The notes: generated by a model from the sequence alone, not told the origin. 64,000 nt of DNA from an uncultured virus (IMG/VR IMGVR_UViG_3300027976_000026) (IMGVR_UViG_3300027976_000026), one strand, 5' to 3'; positions 28,803 through 39,157 are shown, counted from the first letter of the stretch. Made by a program: numbers and translations.

Positions 28803-29525
28803 ATGAAGAAGTTGCTTACGGTTTTGGCCTGCCTAACAGTGGTGTTCATCGGCATTGCCATCACATTGCCAAAAAATCAGTTGCGTGGACAGGCAACTCA
28901 TCAATATCCAAATCCTGACATTCCAGCACAGATAAATCCTGTAGCTGAGTATGAAGGCGAGGCAGACGAAGACCTCACCGATGTCATGGTGCCGATCCCA
29001 ATGAAGGATCGAGTTTTCAACAAAACAGGCATTCAGTGTGTATGGTGTTCGCTGGAAACATGCGGACGATATGCTGAAGAACCAAAACTAATCAATATGA
29101 CAGACTTGGCTGATTGTAAAAGTTACGCCAGTCCAGGTAGTGCGGCTCAAAAATTGAAGCAACTGAGAGTAAGATATGAACAGACAACAAGTACGTCTGA
29201 TCGTAGCTTAATCATCAAATCGGTTGTTGTAGAAAGACGTGGTTGTTTATTTGCAGTCCCAGGTCACGCAATGACCTTGGTGCATTACGACGAAAAAAAG
29301 GGAATTGTCAAGTACATCAACAACAGTGATAGTTCACTCAAAATTCGTACTTGGACTATGGAAGAATTCAATCGTCGTTGGGACGGATGGATTTGCGTGG
29401 TGTATGCAGACAATGACATTGTGCCACATAAATACCGTCCAATAGTACCAGAGATTCCAATCGTGGACAGAAATGGACCACAAGGAATCTATCCAAAAGA
29501 TTACATACTTCAACCAAGTAAGTAA
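28803..29525 (+). CDS. exported papain-fold (C39-like) cysteine peptidase
   Basis: GGAGG RBS, N-terminal signal/TM helix; QCVWCS, GHAMTLV, INNS, EEFNRRW. Confidence 0.7.
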   Translation: MKKLLTVLACLTVVFIGIAITLPKNQLRGQATHQYPNPDIPAQINPVAEYEGEADEDLTDVMVPIPMKDRVFNKTGIQCVWCSLETCGRYAEEPKLINMTDLADCKSYASPGSAAQKLKQLRVRYEQTTSTSDRSLIIKSVVVERRGCLFAVPGHAMTLVHYDEKKGIVKYINNSDSSLKIRTWTMEEFNRRWDGWICVVYADNDIVPHKYRPIVPEIPIVDRNGPQGIYPKDYILQPSK

Positions 29526-29527
29526 CG

Positions 29528-29557
29528 AAAAAGCCCGGCAAATCGCCGGGCTTTTTT
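29528..29557. terminator. bidirectional rho-independent terminator
   Basis: AAAAAGCCCGGC-AAATC-GCCGGGCTTTTTT between convergent genes. Confidence 0.85.
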
Positions 29558-29792
29558 ATTTGCAGTTACACTTCTTCTTGCTGAAGATCACGCCGCCTGC
29601 ACGCCCGACAATTTTCTTGCTGCGATTCTTTGCAGTAATGGGACGATCACTTCCATCCAGGGCGGAATTGGGTTCGACCGTGATCTCTCGTTCTCCATTT
29701 TCAGGCTGATTCAGACCGGCATTTGATGGATCACCTGCCGATCCGCCAAAATTTTCATCTCGCCGTTGAAGCCAATTTATAAATCCCGACAT
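29556..29792 (-). CDS. small protein, candidate internal head protein
   Basis: MSGFINWLQRRDE N-terminus. Confidence 0.55.
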   Translation of the reverse strand: MSGFINWLQRRDENFGGSAGDPSNAGLNQPENGEREITVEPNSALDGSDRPITAKNRSKKIVGRAGGVIFSKKKCNCK

Positions 29793-29869
29793 TGAGTCAC
29801 GCCCTTCGCAAATAAATACCCTGTGCCATATATAGAGTATACGGAAGTATTTGAAGCCAAGGGAGGCAC

Positions 29870-30184
29870 ATGAAAGGAGTCAATCTATCCTGGACCGTAG
29901 GAGTTCTTACAGTAATCCTATTTGTGGCATTCGGCGTCAAGACACACCATGCCAACCAAGAACCAACTCAACCAATAGCTCAAGTTCAACCACCTGAAGT
30001 CATTCCTGAGCCGCCAAAAACGCCACGCTTGCCGAACATCACAGTTCAGGTGCCGCCACATCTAAGTTATTCAGAAGTAGTCACCCAAGTAAAAAAATGG
30101 GAACAAGAAGCACCAGATTTGGTTGAAGTGGGCTTCTATGGAAAGACAAAAAGAGGCTTAAAAGAAAAGGAGCATCAATTTTAA
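29870..30184 (+). pseudogene. truncated M14 zinc carboxypeptidase
   Basis: TM helix + Pro linker + HLSYSEVVTQVKKWEQEAPDLVEVGFYGKTKRG (typical M14 start), then a stop before any HxxE. Confidence 0.6.
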
Positions 30185-30254
30185 TGATGTTATGAATACT
30201 CTCGAACATGGACTGGTGTTTTGTGGTTTCTCAAAGAGGCTCCAGTAGTACCAA

Positions 30255-30866
30255 TTAAGACCAATGTTGAAGATTTTGACTTTTCAGGTAATACAGGTAT
30301 CGTTGGTAGGTATCTTCCACTTTGGAACGCACTTGCAGCCCAACAAGATCGGTAGAGTACGTTCTTTTGAATGGAGCAAGAGACGCAGGGTCGTAAACAA
30401 TAGGTTGTCTGAGATTAAGATAATCTTCAATTAAAGAAATGCCTCGGTTTTCGATTAAATCATCCCATGTCAATAATACAGCGCCCGGTGTCCGTTTGGC
30501 CATTTCGCACAACCGTCTGAGTCGATAGGTGTAATGCCTAACGGCAAAAGACGGTTTCATTTTTTCGTTACCTATCAATAAATTCAAAACAGCAGCAGGT
30601 TCTCTTACAATATAGATGAATTTACACTCTTTATAAGCTGCCTTAGTTGACAAGTGATGATTGTGAAGCAATTCATCCATGTAAATTGCAGAACGATTGT
30701 CTAATTTATGATGCTGCTCTGTAAGAGTCAATAAATTGGGTGGTCCCACATACGGACTGCGAACCGCTAAGTTGTAACCCTGAATCCGAGGATGGTGATT
30801 TAATGCGTCACATAACGCAGAAGAACCCGAATGTAGATGGCTGCAAACGAAAAGAACTTTCTTCAT
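30255..30866 (-). CDS. sulfotransferase-like (P-loop) protein
   Basis: HSGSSAL..ALNHHPRI (5'-PSB-like), KFIYIVREP, LLTWDDL. Confidence 0.65.
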   Translation of the reverse strand: MKKVLFVCSHLHSGSSALCDALNHHPRIQGYNLAVRSPYVGPPNLLTLTEQHHKLDNRSAIYMDELLHNHHLSTKAAYKECKFIYIVREPAAVLNLLIGNEKMKPSFAVRHYTYRLRRLCEMAKRTPGAVLLTWDDLIENRGISLIEDYLNLRQPIVYDPASLAPFKRTYSTDLVGLQVRSKVEDTYQRYLYYLKSQNLQHWS

Positions 30867-30954
30867 TATGGTCCTTTGGGAGAAAAAACACATTCACCTT
30901 AATAACTAACATCGTACCTGCCGGTACTTTACTTAATTAGAGAGGGATAAAAAC

Positions 30955-33900
30955 ATGCCACTTTGGTCAGACTTTTTCAAATTGTTCACATATGCCACAG
31001 AGAAAGACCCTCTGTCGGCTCGTAAAGACCCTAAGAACTTCGGGACTGCTGGCATTTCCCAGCCAGAAGCATTAGGGACAGATTTTCAAAGCGGTGGTGG
31101 ACCGGGTGGCCAAACAAGCTACCGTCAAACCAACGACATGATTGACACGACGACACTCTCCAATCGCTCTATGCGATATAAAGAGTATGAGCGTCTGCGT
31201 AATGTCCCGGAAATCGAAATGGCAATGACAGTCTTCGCTGATGAAGCGTGCGTTGCAGGTGATACTCCAATCACAACTCCATTCGGCGTTACAACCATAA
31301 AAGAGTTGGCAGAAAAAAGAGCCGATGAGAGATTTTTGGTTTATTGCTATGACTTCATTAAAAGAGATTACACTCTCGGTTGGGCTTTCGCTCCACGATT
31401 GGTCAAAAAAGCCAAAACTCTAACTATCATCCTGGACAATGGCACAAAGTACACTGCCACCCTGGATCACCTCGTTCTAAAGAAAAACGGGGAATGGATT
31501 GAAACAGGAGAACTTCAGTTCGGCGACGAACTAATGCCGTTTTACCGTCTGTCGGCTGCGTCCGATCTTAAACACAAACAATTTCCTCGTCTATTCAGTT
31601 TTGCAAAAGGCTGGATCAGTGAGCGTCAATTCATCGACGATTGGAAAACAGGCAAAAGTAATCCTGACTATGAAAAAGTAAATCGAGTAATTCGTATGGT
31701 TGGTGGCGGATTAACCACCCGACAAATTGCTAACAAACTAAATTTCGATTGGGCGACAATAGACGCCTGGGTAAAAAAAGAAGGATTCACCCCAAAGGAA
31801 ATCAGAACTCTTTACAAGCACGAAGATCGTCGTAGAGTTGTAGGGATTGAAGAAGGTCCAGAACAAGATGTTTATGACATTTCAGTTGAAGGACACAAAT
31901 GCTTCGCTACGGATTCTGTGATTCTACACAATTGCCAAAAAGATGAAGATGGCAACATATTCAAAGTGATTACAGCAAACGACGAAATTCGTGAAGAAGT
32001 TGAATTTCTGCTGTTGCACCGCAAGATGTTGAATATGAATCGCCAAGGTTGGACATGGTTCAAGAACCTGTGTATTTCTGGCGACTGGTTCGTAGAAATG
32101 GTCATCAATCCAGATAACCCTAAAGAGGGCATTTATCGAGCCATGCCATTGCCTCCCGAAACGATGTATCGCATCGAAACGGTAAAGGGCAAGATGATTG
32201 AGTACCAACAAAGCAAAGAAGGCCCTGATTATCAGGCCATCATACGAGGACCAGTCACCGGACAAAACGAAATGGAATTGAATCAAACGACGGCCATTAG
32301 GTTTGCTCCAAGCCAAGTCGTTCACTTCCGAATTGGCGATGATCGAAAGACATTCTTTCCATACGGTCAGAGCTTAATCGAGCCAGCCCGTGGACCGGCT
32401 CACAGCTTGAGATTGATGGAAGACGCAATGGTCGTATATAGGCTGTGTCTGGTGGGGGATTCCCGTGTTCGCACTGAAGACAGTTATAAACTGATTCGTA
32501 ATCTCAAAGTCGGAGATTGCGTTTGGTCACTTACTCCTAAAGGAATAATCCCAGCAAAGGTTTCCTGGTTCGTCAATAATGGCATTCAGGATATATTGAA
32601 AGTTCGCACTAAGCACGTTGAACTACGGGGAACAAAAACGCACCCAGTTTTGGTCAACAGAACAGGCGTCGTTCAGTATGTAGATATGCAAGATTTGCAA
32701 ATCGGTAAAGATCGCCTATTATTGGTTGACAATGATGCCAATCAACAGGTGGAAATTCCGTTTTTCGAGTCAGAACCGTGGGCTAAGTTATCCAAAGAAC
32801 AATTATTTACTTTCCGCAAAAAACAATACAAAAACAAATCAAACTTGTTGCGAGAATGCCATAATTTTGGTCGAGCCAAGCAATTCCTGTACTGTAAAAA
32901 CAAAGCTCTGCCATTATCCAAAGCAGAAAAGATCTGCGAGGTTTTTGGATTAGACAGTTCAAAATTGATCCAAGTCAATAAAAATCAAAGAAACGAAGAA
33001 CGTATTTCTTTACCATATATTGTTGACGAGGAATTTGCAAGATTGTTTGGTTTTCTATGCGGAGATGGGAACATCCACAATGGTTCTCAATTGTCTTTTT
33101 CAGCCGGAACAGACAAAACAATCAACGAAGTATATCGAGCAAAATTAGAGAACTATTTTGGGAAAGTGCGATTTGAGACAGACAAAAGAAGTTTGACGGG
33201 ATGCGGCAAGCATGTGGTAGATTCTACCTTTGCCTGTTCTTTAATGACGAGAATGGGTTACATCAACAATCATGATTGTAATCGTATTCCAAAATGGGTT
33301 TTCACAGCGCCGAAGAATATTCGCCGTGCATTCATAGAAGGTCTGTCAGACGCCGATGGATGCGAACGTCACACAAATAAAGGCACATGGTTCTCAACTA
33401 TTGAATTATGCAATGAAGAACTCGTCAGAGACATTAAAGAACTATGGTCATCCATTGGATTGAGTTCAGGACATCTAAAAACAAGACATCGTAAAGGTGG
33501 TCATGAAATTGAAATTGGCAGAGTAATGCCGCCAACAACTTCATACTCTGTAACCATTAGTGATGTTTTGCTGCCAGAAGAAGAAAACATTATTTCTATT
33601 GAAGAAGACGGAAAAGAAGAAGTATTTGATATTACAGTGGATAATGAATATCACAATTTCATTGTGAATGGCTGTTGTACACACAACACCCGTGCGCCAG
33701 AACGACGTGTGTTTTATATTGATGTTGGACAACTCCCTCCATTCAAGGCTGAAGCATTTATTGATCGACTGAAAGATCAATTCCGCAAGCGTAAAATCAC
33801 GAGTGGCCGGGGCGCACCAGGAGCAAACTCAGTAGAAGAACGCTGGCAACCACCGGCTCAAGACGAAGACTATTGGCTACCAATTCGTCCAAACAGCCTC

Positions 33901-34737
33901 ACTCGTATTGATACATTGCCGGGTGCTGAAAACTTAGGCGAAATTGACGATGCTGTTTACTTCAGAAACAAGTTGTTGACCAGTTTGAATTTCCCGAAGA
34001 ACTACTTCAACAATGAAGACCCAGGTGCAACCAGAATTACTCTGTCTACTCAAGATGTTAAGTTCGCTCGCATGATTGAGCGGCTACAGAGTCACTTCGA
34101 GGATGGAATCCTGGATATGGCAGAGAGACACTTACATTTGCGAGGTTATCCTGAAGAAAGTTATCAAGACCTAAAGATCAAGATGACGGCTCCTTCGGAT
34201 TGGCGAGAGCTTTCTCGTGCAGAAGTGGTAACGGCCCGCTATACTAATGCTGGTACATTAAAGAGTGGTCAGCTTATGGCTGACTATGATATTGTCACCA
34301 AGATATTAAAGTTTTCCGATGACGAAGCTGATGAAATGCTGGCTCGTTTGAAGTTGCAAAAATTGGAAGACCTCAAACTACAAGTATTGGCGCAGAATCC
34401 ACAACTATTGGGTGTGGGCATTCCTGGGGCTGATGCGGGTGGCGGTCAAGGAGAACTTGGAACCGAACCAGGTGGACCGGGCATGTCGCCTGACCCGATG
34501 GCGGGTGGTGATCCTATGGCAGCAGCAGGCGGTGGAGCAGGCGCTCCTCCACCAACGGCAACGGCTTCTGGGGCAGATGAAACACCCGATGCTGATCCCG
34601 GCTCAAAAGCACCTGAAGGTGCGAACATTCCAGAGCCAGATGGAGAAGACATCAAGAAGTATGATCTTGAGATTCAAGACTACGAGGCCGAGCAGGACCG
34701 AGAAGATATTGACTACAGCGTAGGTGACGAGGGTTAA
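30955..34737 (+). CDS. portal protein (T4 gp20-like) with two inteins; about 618 aa after splicing
   Basis: PEIEMAM..ADEA, LRLMEDAMVVYRL|TRAPERRVFYIDVG, EDYWLP, IDTLPGAENLGEIDD, DVKFARMI. Confidence 0.95.
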   Translation: MPLWSDFFKLFTYATEKDPLSARKDPKNFGTAGISQPEALGTDFQSGGGPGGQTSYRQTNDMIDTTTLSNRSMRYKEYERLRNVPEIEMAMTVFADEACVAGDTPITTPFGVTTIKELAEKRADERFLVYCYDFIKRDYTLGWAFAPRLVKKAKTLTIILDNGTKYTATLDHLVLKKNGEWIETGELQFGDELMPFYRLSAASDLKHKQFPRLFSFAKGWISERQFIDDWKTGKSNPDYEKVNRVIRMVGGGLTTRQIANKLNFDWATIDAWVKKEGFTPKEIRTLYKHEDRRRVVGIEEGPEQDVYDISVEGHKCFATDSVILHNCQKDEDGNIFKVITANDEIREEVEFLLLHRKMLNMNRQGWTWFKNLCISGDWFVEMVINPDNPKEGIYRAMPLPPETMYRIETVKGKMIEYQQSKEGPDYQAIIRGPVTGQNEMELNQTTAIRFAPSQVVHFRIGDDRKTFFPYGQSLIEPARGPAHSLRLMEDAMVVYRLCLVGDSRVRTEDSYKLIRNLKVGDCVWSLTPKGIIPAKVSWFVNNGIQDILKVRTKHVELRGTKTHPVLVNRTGVVQYVDMQDLQIGKDRLLLVDNDANQQVEIPFFESEPWAKLSKEQLFTFRKKQYKNKSNLLRECHNFGRAKQFLYCKNKALPLSKAEKICEVFGLDSSKLIQVNKNQRNEERISLPYIVDEEFARLFGFLCGDGNIHNGSQLSFSAGTDKTINEVYRAKLENYFGKVRFETDKRSLTGCGKHVVDSTFACSLMTRMGYINNHDCNRIPKWVFTAPKNIRRAFIEGLSDADGCERHTNKGTWFSTIELCNEELVRDIKELWSSIGLSSGHLKTRHRKGGHEIEIGRVMPPTTSYSVTISDVLLPEEENIISIEEDGKEEVFDITVDNEYHNFIVNGCCTHNTRAPERRVFYIDVGQLPPFKAEAFIDRLKDQFRKRKITSGRGAPGANSVEERWQPPAQDEDYWLPIRPNSLTRIDTLPGAENLGEIDDAVYFRNKLLTSLNFPKNYFNNEDPGATRITLSTQDVKFARMIERLQSHFEDGILDMAERHLHLRGYPEESYQDLKIKMTAPSDWRELSRAEVVTARYTNAGTLKSGQLMADYDIVTKILKFSDDEADEMLARLKLQKLEDLKLQVLAQNPQLLGVGIPGADAGGGQGELGTEPGGPGMSPDPMAGGDPMAAAGGGAGAPPPTATASGADETPDADPGSKAPEGANIPEPDGEDIKKYDLEIQDYEAEQDREDIDYSVGDEG
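31249..31932 (+). mobile_element. intein 1 (228 aa) with an HTH-like insert and no recognisable endonuclease
   Basis: CVAGDT...ATLDH...VYDISV...ILHN followed by Cys+1. Confidence 0.9.
32446..33687 (+). mobile_element. intein 2 (414 aa) with LAGLIDADG homing endonuclease
   Basis: CLVGDS...GTKTHP...LFGFLCGDG...FIEGLSDADG...VFDITV...THN followed by Thr+1. Confidence 0.93.
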
Positions 34738-34988
34738 TGACAGGAATTACACAATTTCCCACGTTGGCAATAAAAAACCGGCAATTGGTGGAGCAATCCA
34801 CCAACGCCGGATGTTTTCATTGTTTGAAGATTTTCAATGTAACGGAAATCAAAAATTACACCGACAATGACAAAACTGTGATCTGTCCCCTTTGCGGGGT
34901 GGACTCAGTTGTTGGCGATATGTGCGGCTTTGAGCTTTCTGAGGAAATCCTCAAGACCGCTCATCAATTCTGGTACACCAAGCGTTAG
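34737..34988 (+). CDS. small Zn-binding protein
   Basis: GCFHC and ICPLCGVDSV. Confidence 0.7.
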   Translation: MTGITQFPTLAIKNRQLVEQSTNAGCFHCLKIFNVTEIKNYTDNDKTVICPLCGVDSVVGDMCGFELSEEILKTAHQFWYTKR

Positions 34989-35902
34989 TCTTGGTCTTCT
35001 TGTCTATCAAAGAAGTATTGTCGGATGTCGTCGTGCATCCCAAACTTATCTGAAGACCATTCGTAGACATCGTTGACTAGCTTGATGTCGGCATTTGGGT
35101 TGTAGTCGTAGTTGAGAATAATGTCATGACGATCCATATACTTGCGATTCTTCAGGGAGCCGTGCCACAAATGAGAAATGTCCACGGGGATATAATCCAG
35201 GGTTGGTTTTTTGGCTCGCAATCCTTCGCACCATTTCATTAAGTCTACTTTCATATGATCGTTGAATTTACTAGCAAATCCGTGGATGTCCCACGAATCC
35301 AAGTAACAATCAACGAAAAATGTATCGCCACTTCCAACGATATTACGGTCGTACAGACCGCCTAATTCTTTGAATGTGTCACGACGAGCGGCCCAGGCGA
35401 ATCCTGGAACTGAAAAATTCAGTTCTCGATTACGGCGGCGTTGCAACCAATTGCGGTGAATCTTCCATTGCCATGCAACACTTTGCAAGTTTGGAATTTT
35501 GCTACCGTCATAGTTCAACATGCCTTTGGGCATGTAATACACTTTCTTGAATAGCTGAATCACATCAGCCGTTTTAAGTTTGTCGCAGGCTTGCTGCGCC
35601 CAATCTTCTGAATGGAAAAGCACATCGCAATCAATCCAAGCATAGTATTTGCAATCATCAGGCAATTTGGTAACACCATAGTTTATTAGGCGTTCCTTTT
35701 GCCACATGATACTATCGCTACGCAACCGATGGACATCCTGGCCATCTGGAATGTAGAAAGGACCGCCGTTGAAAGCACACTCAACGGTGATAAGTCTCAC
35801 TCCTTGCCGCTTTAATTGCTCGGCAAAAATGAAGTAGTTACTTAATAAAGATGTGAACCCGGCAGGGTTAAAAAACACAGTGATGACGCATAGTTCGTCC
35901 AT
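34985..35902 (-). CDS. GT-A fold glycosyltransferase
   Basis: WQKERLIN, AWIDCDV (DxD), GFAWAARR, GSGD, HLWHG. Confidence 0.7.
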   Translation of the reverse strand: MDELCVITVFFNPAGFTSLLSNYFIFAEQLKRQGVRLITVECAFNGGPFYIPDGQDVHRLRSDSIMWQKERLINYGVTKLPDDCKYYAWIDCDVLFHSEDWAQQACDKLKTADVIQLFKKVYYMPKGMLNYDGSKIPNLQSVAWQWKIHRNWLQRRRNRELNFSVPGFAWAARRDTFKELGGLYDRNIVGSGDTFFVDCYLDSWDIHGFASKFNDHMKVDLMKWCEGLRAKKPTLDYIPVDISHLWHGSLKNRKYMDRHDIILNYDYNPNADIKLVNDVYEWSSDKFGMHDDIRQYFFDRQEDQD

Positions 35903-35980
35903 TGAAGCTCCTTCTTGTTACAACGGGACTGATGACATCCTTATGTATTCAAAAAGATCAACAATTATTTGTTATGTGTT

Positions 35981-36382
35981 TTAACCAATTGGATTGTGGA
36001 AAGAATCTGCTGAATTTGTAGCCAATACATCGGTCCCGTGATTCTTAACATCATCGGGAGACACGTCGGCCAAGCCTTTGGAAATTACCCTGCGACCTTT
36101 TGTGGCCGCTTTTCGCATATCTCTTTTGAAATTTCCATCTTTGAAACTATCTAATCCATGTTGTTGAAGTATTGACTTGAGTTCAGGCATTACTTCAGAC
36201 ATACGGTTAAGAAATTGAGCAGCGGCCTGACTGTTCTTGGACATCACAATCTCGAACGCTTGTATGGCAGCAGTTAGAGCCTTCTCAGAGTCAGCATCTA
36301 AGCTGGATTTACCAAGCATATTGGTTCCAACATCGTAGGCTGCTAACTCTTTTAGACTCACATAGTCGTTAAATGTTTTCAT
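35981..36382 (-). CDS. candidate internal head protein
   Basis: Likely start MKTFNDYVSLKE, similar to T4 internal-protein leaders. Confidence 0.6.
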   Translation of the reverse strand: MKTFNDYVSLKELAAYDVGTNMLGKSSLDADSEKALTAAIQAFEIVMSKNSQAAAQFLNRMSEVMPELKSILQQHGLDSFKDGNFKRDMRKAATKGRRVISKGLADVSPDDVKNHGTDVLATNSADSFHNPIG

Positions 36383-36550
36383 TTTGATCCCCATTTTTAT
36401 TGTTCCCTGCATACCTATCTACTAGGTGACGAGGGATTTTACGAATTACGGTGTAAAATTTGAATCAGAGTTAATACATAACCTCATCACTAGCAGCAGA
36501 AGCAGTTGCCGATGACTGAATCCAACAACAGCACAGGGAGTCAATTGATT

Positions 36551-38455
36551 ATGAAAAGAAAACTAATCAGCTTCGATGCGTTTAAGAAAATCGAAGAAGC
36601 ATCACTTACAAACGCCCAGGAAGAGTTAATCGGGGCAGAAGAAGTGTTGGCAAAAACCTTGGGTGTAGATGACTTGAAGTTATTCACCTTCGGGGAATCC
36701 GACGTTACATACCAAGCACCGGACGGAAGTTTCGTACATGCCAGCTACAAGTTAGAAAAGGACCAATTGGTCCTTGAGAATCTTGAACAATTGGTTATTG
36801 AAGAGGAAAGCGAGAAGAAAAATGCCCGCCAAACCCTAGTCAATATGGTAGATTCGCTACTTGAGAACAACGAAGCAAAGGCAGGCCAGCAATTTGAGGC
36901 TTATCTTTCCATGCCGTTTGTTCGTAGAGAATTGCTAGTCAGCGAAGGGTTTAAGGTCACTGTTTCCAAGCCTACTGGCAGTAACTCACCGCTCAAAAAC
37001 AAAAAGCAGAGTCGTTCTTTGGTCGCAAAGCGTACTCGCTCCCGCAATAAGACCCTCTCCCGTATTTCCAAGAGCCAGAAAGAACAACTCGGTCGCAAGC
37101 GTACTTCCGCTTCTAAGCAACTAGGTGGTTCTAACAATCCACGTTGGCGTACATACGCTCGCAAAGTCAAGCCGAACACCATCAAAGAATGGTCGATGAT
37201 GTGCGAGAACGTCATGAGCTATTTGGACTACAAAGAATTTGGCCCTGTTATGTCTGAATCCATGATTCAGACAGACGACAGAGGTAACGTAACTGGTGTT
37301 GCAATGCAAACCATCCAGAAGCGTAATGAAGGCAAGATTTTGACCTTCAATTGGAAGACTATGGATCATGAGATCAAAGTTCTCCGTGGAAATGTCAAGA
37401 AGCTGTCAGAAGACCAGACCTTCATTAAGGCCATGACCGATCTGAAGCGATACAACAACATTTCTGACAACTCTTCACTCGAAGAAACACTAGAAGCTAT
37501 TGTCAGCCGTTGGCCAGATGTTCTTTACATCACCGAAGGCGAATTGGCAGAGCAAATTTCAACAGCGTTGGAGACAGCCAATGTCACCAACTATGACGAC
37601 AATATGTGTTCTTTCATGGCTGAAGCAATTCTTCGCACAGCACACAATGCTTTCACGGATCGTGTACGCAAAATCGGCTCCCTGGCTGGCAGCACAAACG
37701 ACCTGACTGCTGAGTGCAAGACCTGTGAGGATTCCTACAAAGAATTCAAGACTGTTGCTGACAAGTTCTACACCCAGCTAGACGAGTCTGACTCGGCTGA
37801 CCTGAGAGTATTTGCTGACTTGTTCAAGGCTCTCCACGAAGTCCACCGTGTTGCCGCCGAAACTGGTGATGAAGCAACCAAGGCTGAAGTTGAGAACTAC
37901 ATGCAGGAATGTGCTGCTGTTCTGAACCGTGAAACTCAAGTTGATCTAAGTCTTGCAGAGGCTATTGCCAATTATCTGCACGATCTAGTTGAAGCTAATG
38001 TTTCTGGTGCGGAAGCAACATGGAACGTTTCCAACAGTGATGTACATAGCACAATCAATGGCGATCACCCAAGAACATCTTGGAACGCCAAGCAAACTGA
38101 CGCAGTTCCTTCCAAGTATACCGGCGACTACGGCGACGAAGCCCCGGTATCTGACGGCAAGAGCTACAAGAATGGATTAGCAGATGAAATGCGAAATCGT
38201 TCGTGGAGCAACATTGGCGGTGCAGACACTTGGCCAGACATGAAGAACCCATATGTACCGAAGCCTTTCGGCGATTACAAGATGAAAGAAAAGTCGGCAG
38301 TTGATGATGGCGAAAGTGATTGGAGCCGTTGGCAGTCTGGCGACACATGGCCGAACTTGAAGAACCCGTATGTGCCTGACTCCCCTTGGGACAAGAGCAA
38401 ATACAAGATGAAGTCCGACAACCTAGTTGTCGATAAAGGCGAAACCAAGGTCTAA
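36551..38455 (+). CDS. large head-module protein (prohead core/internal)
   Basis: Immediately upstream of the prohead protease; basic central patch; duplicated DTWPx(M/L)KNPYVP motif. Confidence 0.65.
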   Translation: MKRKLISFDAFKKIEEASLTNAQEELIGAEEVLAKTLGVDDLKLFTFGESDVTYQAPDGSFVHASYKLEKDQLVLENLEQLVIEEESEKKNARQTLVNMVDSLLENNEAKAGQQFEAYLSMPFVRRELLVSEGFKVTVSKPTGSNSPLKNKKQSRSLVAKRTRSRNKTLSRISKSQKEQLGRKRTSASKQLGGSNNPRWRTYARKVKPNTIKEWSMMCENVMSYLDYKEFGPVMSESMIQTDDRGNVTGVAMQTIQKRNEGKILTFNWKTMDHEIKVLRGNVKKLSEDQTFIKAMTDLKRYNNISDNSSLEETLEAIVSRWPDVLYITEGELAEQISTALETANVTNYDDNMCSFMAEAILRTAHNAFTDRVRKIGSLAGSTNDLTAECKTCEDSYKEFKTVADKFYTQLDESDSADLRVFADLFKALHEVHRVAAETGDEATKAEVENYMQECAAVLNRETQVDLSLAEAIANYLHDLVEANVSGAEATWNVSNSDVHSTINGDHPRTSWNAKQTDAVPSKYTGDYGDEAPVSDGKSYKNGLADEMRNRSWSNIGGADTWPDMKNPYVPKPFGDYKMKEKSAVDDGESDWSRWQSGDTWPNLKNPYVPDSPWDKSKYKMKSDNLVVDKGETKV

Positions 38456-38476
38456 CACACAAAAAGGAGTGCGTCA

Positions 38477-39157
38477 ATGGATGAAAGATTAAGTCTATTC
38501 GTTGACTGCTGTGACAATGGCGGGTTTGTCTTGAATTTGAATGAGTCAGCTACCGACAAGGGGCTGACTAAGTTCAAAGGCAAGTTTCAAGAGGCCGAGG
38601 CAGTTAACAAAAACAAAAGAATTTACCCCTTTGGTGTTCTCGATGAGAACGTCAAGAAATTGGTTCCCATCGTAGAAGCCCGTGGGCTGGTGGGAGAATT
38701 AGATCACCCGACAGATTCGATCATTCACTTTGAGAAATGTTCTCACGTCATCACTAAGTTGTGGTGGGAGGGAAACAATCTTATGGGTGAAGGAGAAATT
38801 CTGAATACACCGCACGGCAGAATACTGCGAAGTCTTTTGTCAGACGGGGTGAGAGTTGGTATTAGCAGCCGGGGCGTTGGCAACGGTCGCAGTGATGAGA
38901 ATGGCATTCTAGTTATTGGCGAAAGCTACAAACTGATTACCTTCGATGCTGTTGCTGATCCAAGCACCTACAACGCCTTTCAGGAGAAAGTCGTTGGAAA
39001 GAAAGAGAGTTATACACCAATCCCAAGTGATATTCACAAAAATGTGGCGAAAAATGAAGACAGCCGCATACATAAAGTAAATAAAGAAGCACTTATTGCT
39101 TGCTTGGGCGGTATCATTGAACAACAAACTAGCAATATCAAAGCGAGGTTAGGCTAA
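38477..39157 (+). CDS. prohead core protease (T4 gp21-like)
   Basis: FQEAEAVNKNKRIYP, GELDHP, ILNTPHG, GISSRGVG, FDAVADPS. Confidence 0.93.
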   Translation: MDERLSLFVDCCDNGGFVLNLNESATDKGLTKFKGKFQEAEAVNKNKRIYPFGVLDENVKKLVPIVEARGLVGELDHPTDSIIHFEKCSHVITKLWWEGNNLMGEGEILNTPHGRILRSLLSDGVRVGISSRGVGNGRSDENGILVIGESYKLITFDAVADPSTYNAFQEKVVGKKESYTPIPSDIHKNVAKNEDSRIHKVNKEALIACLGGIIEQQTSNIKARLG

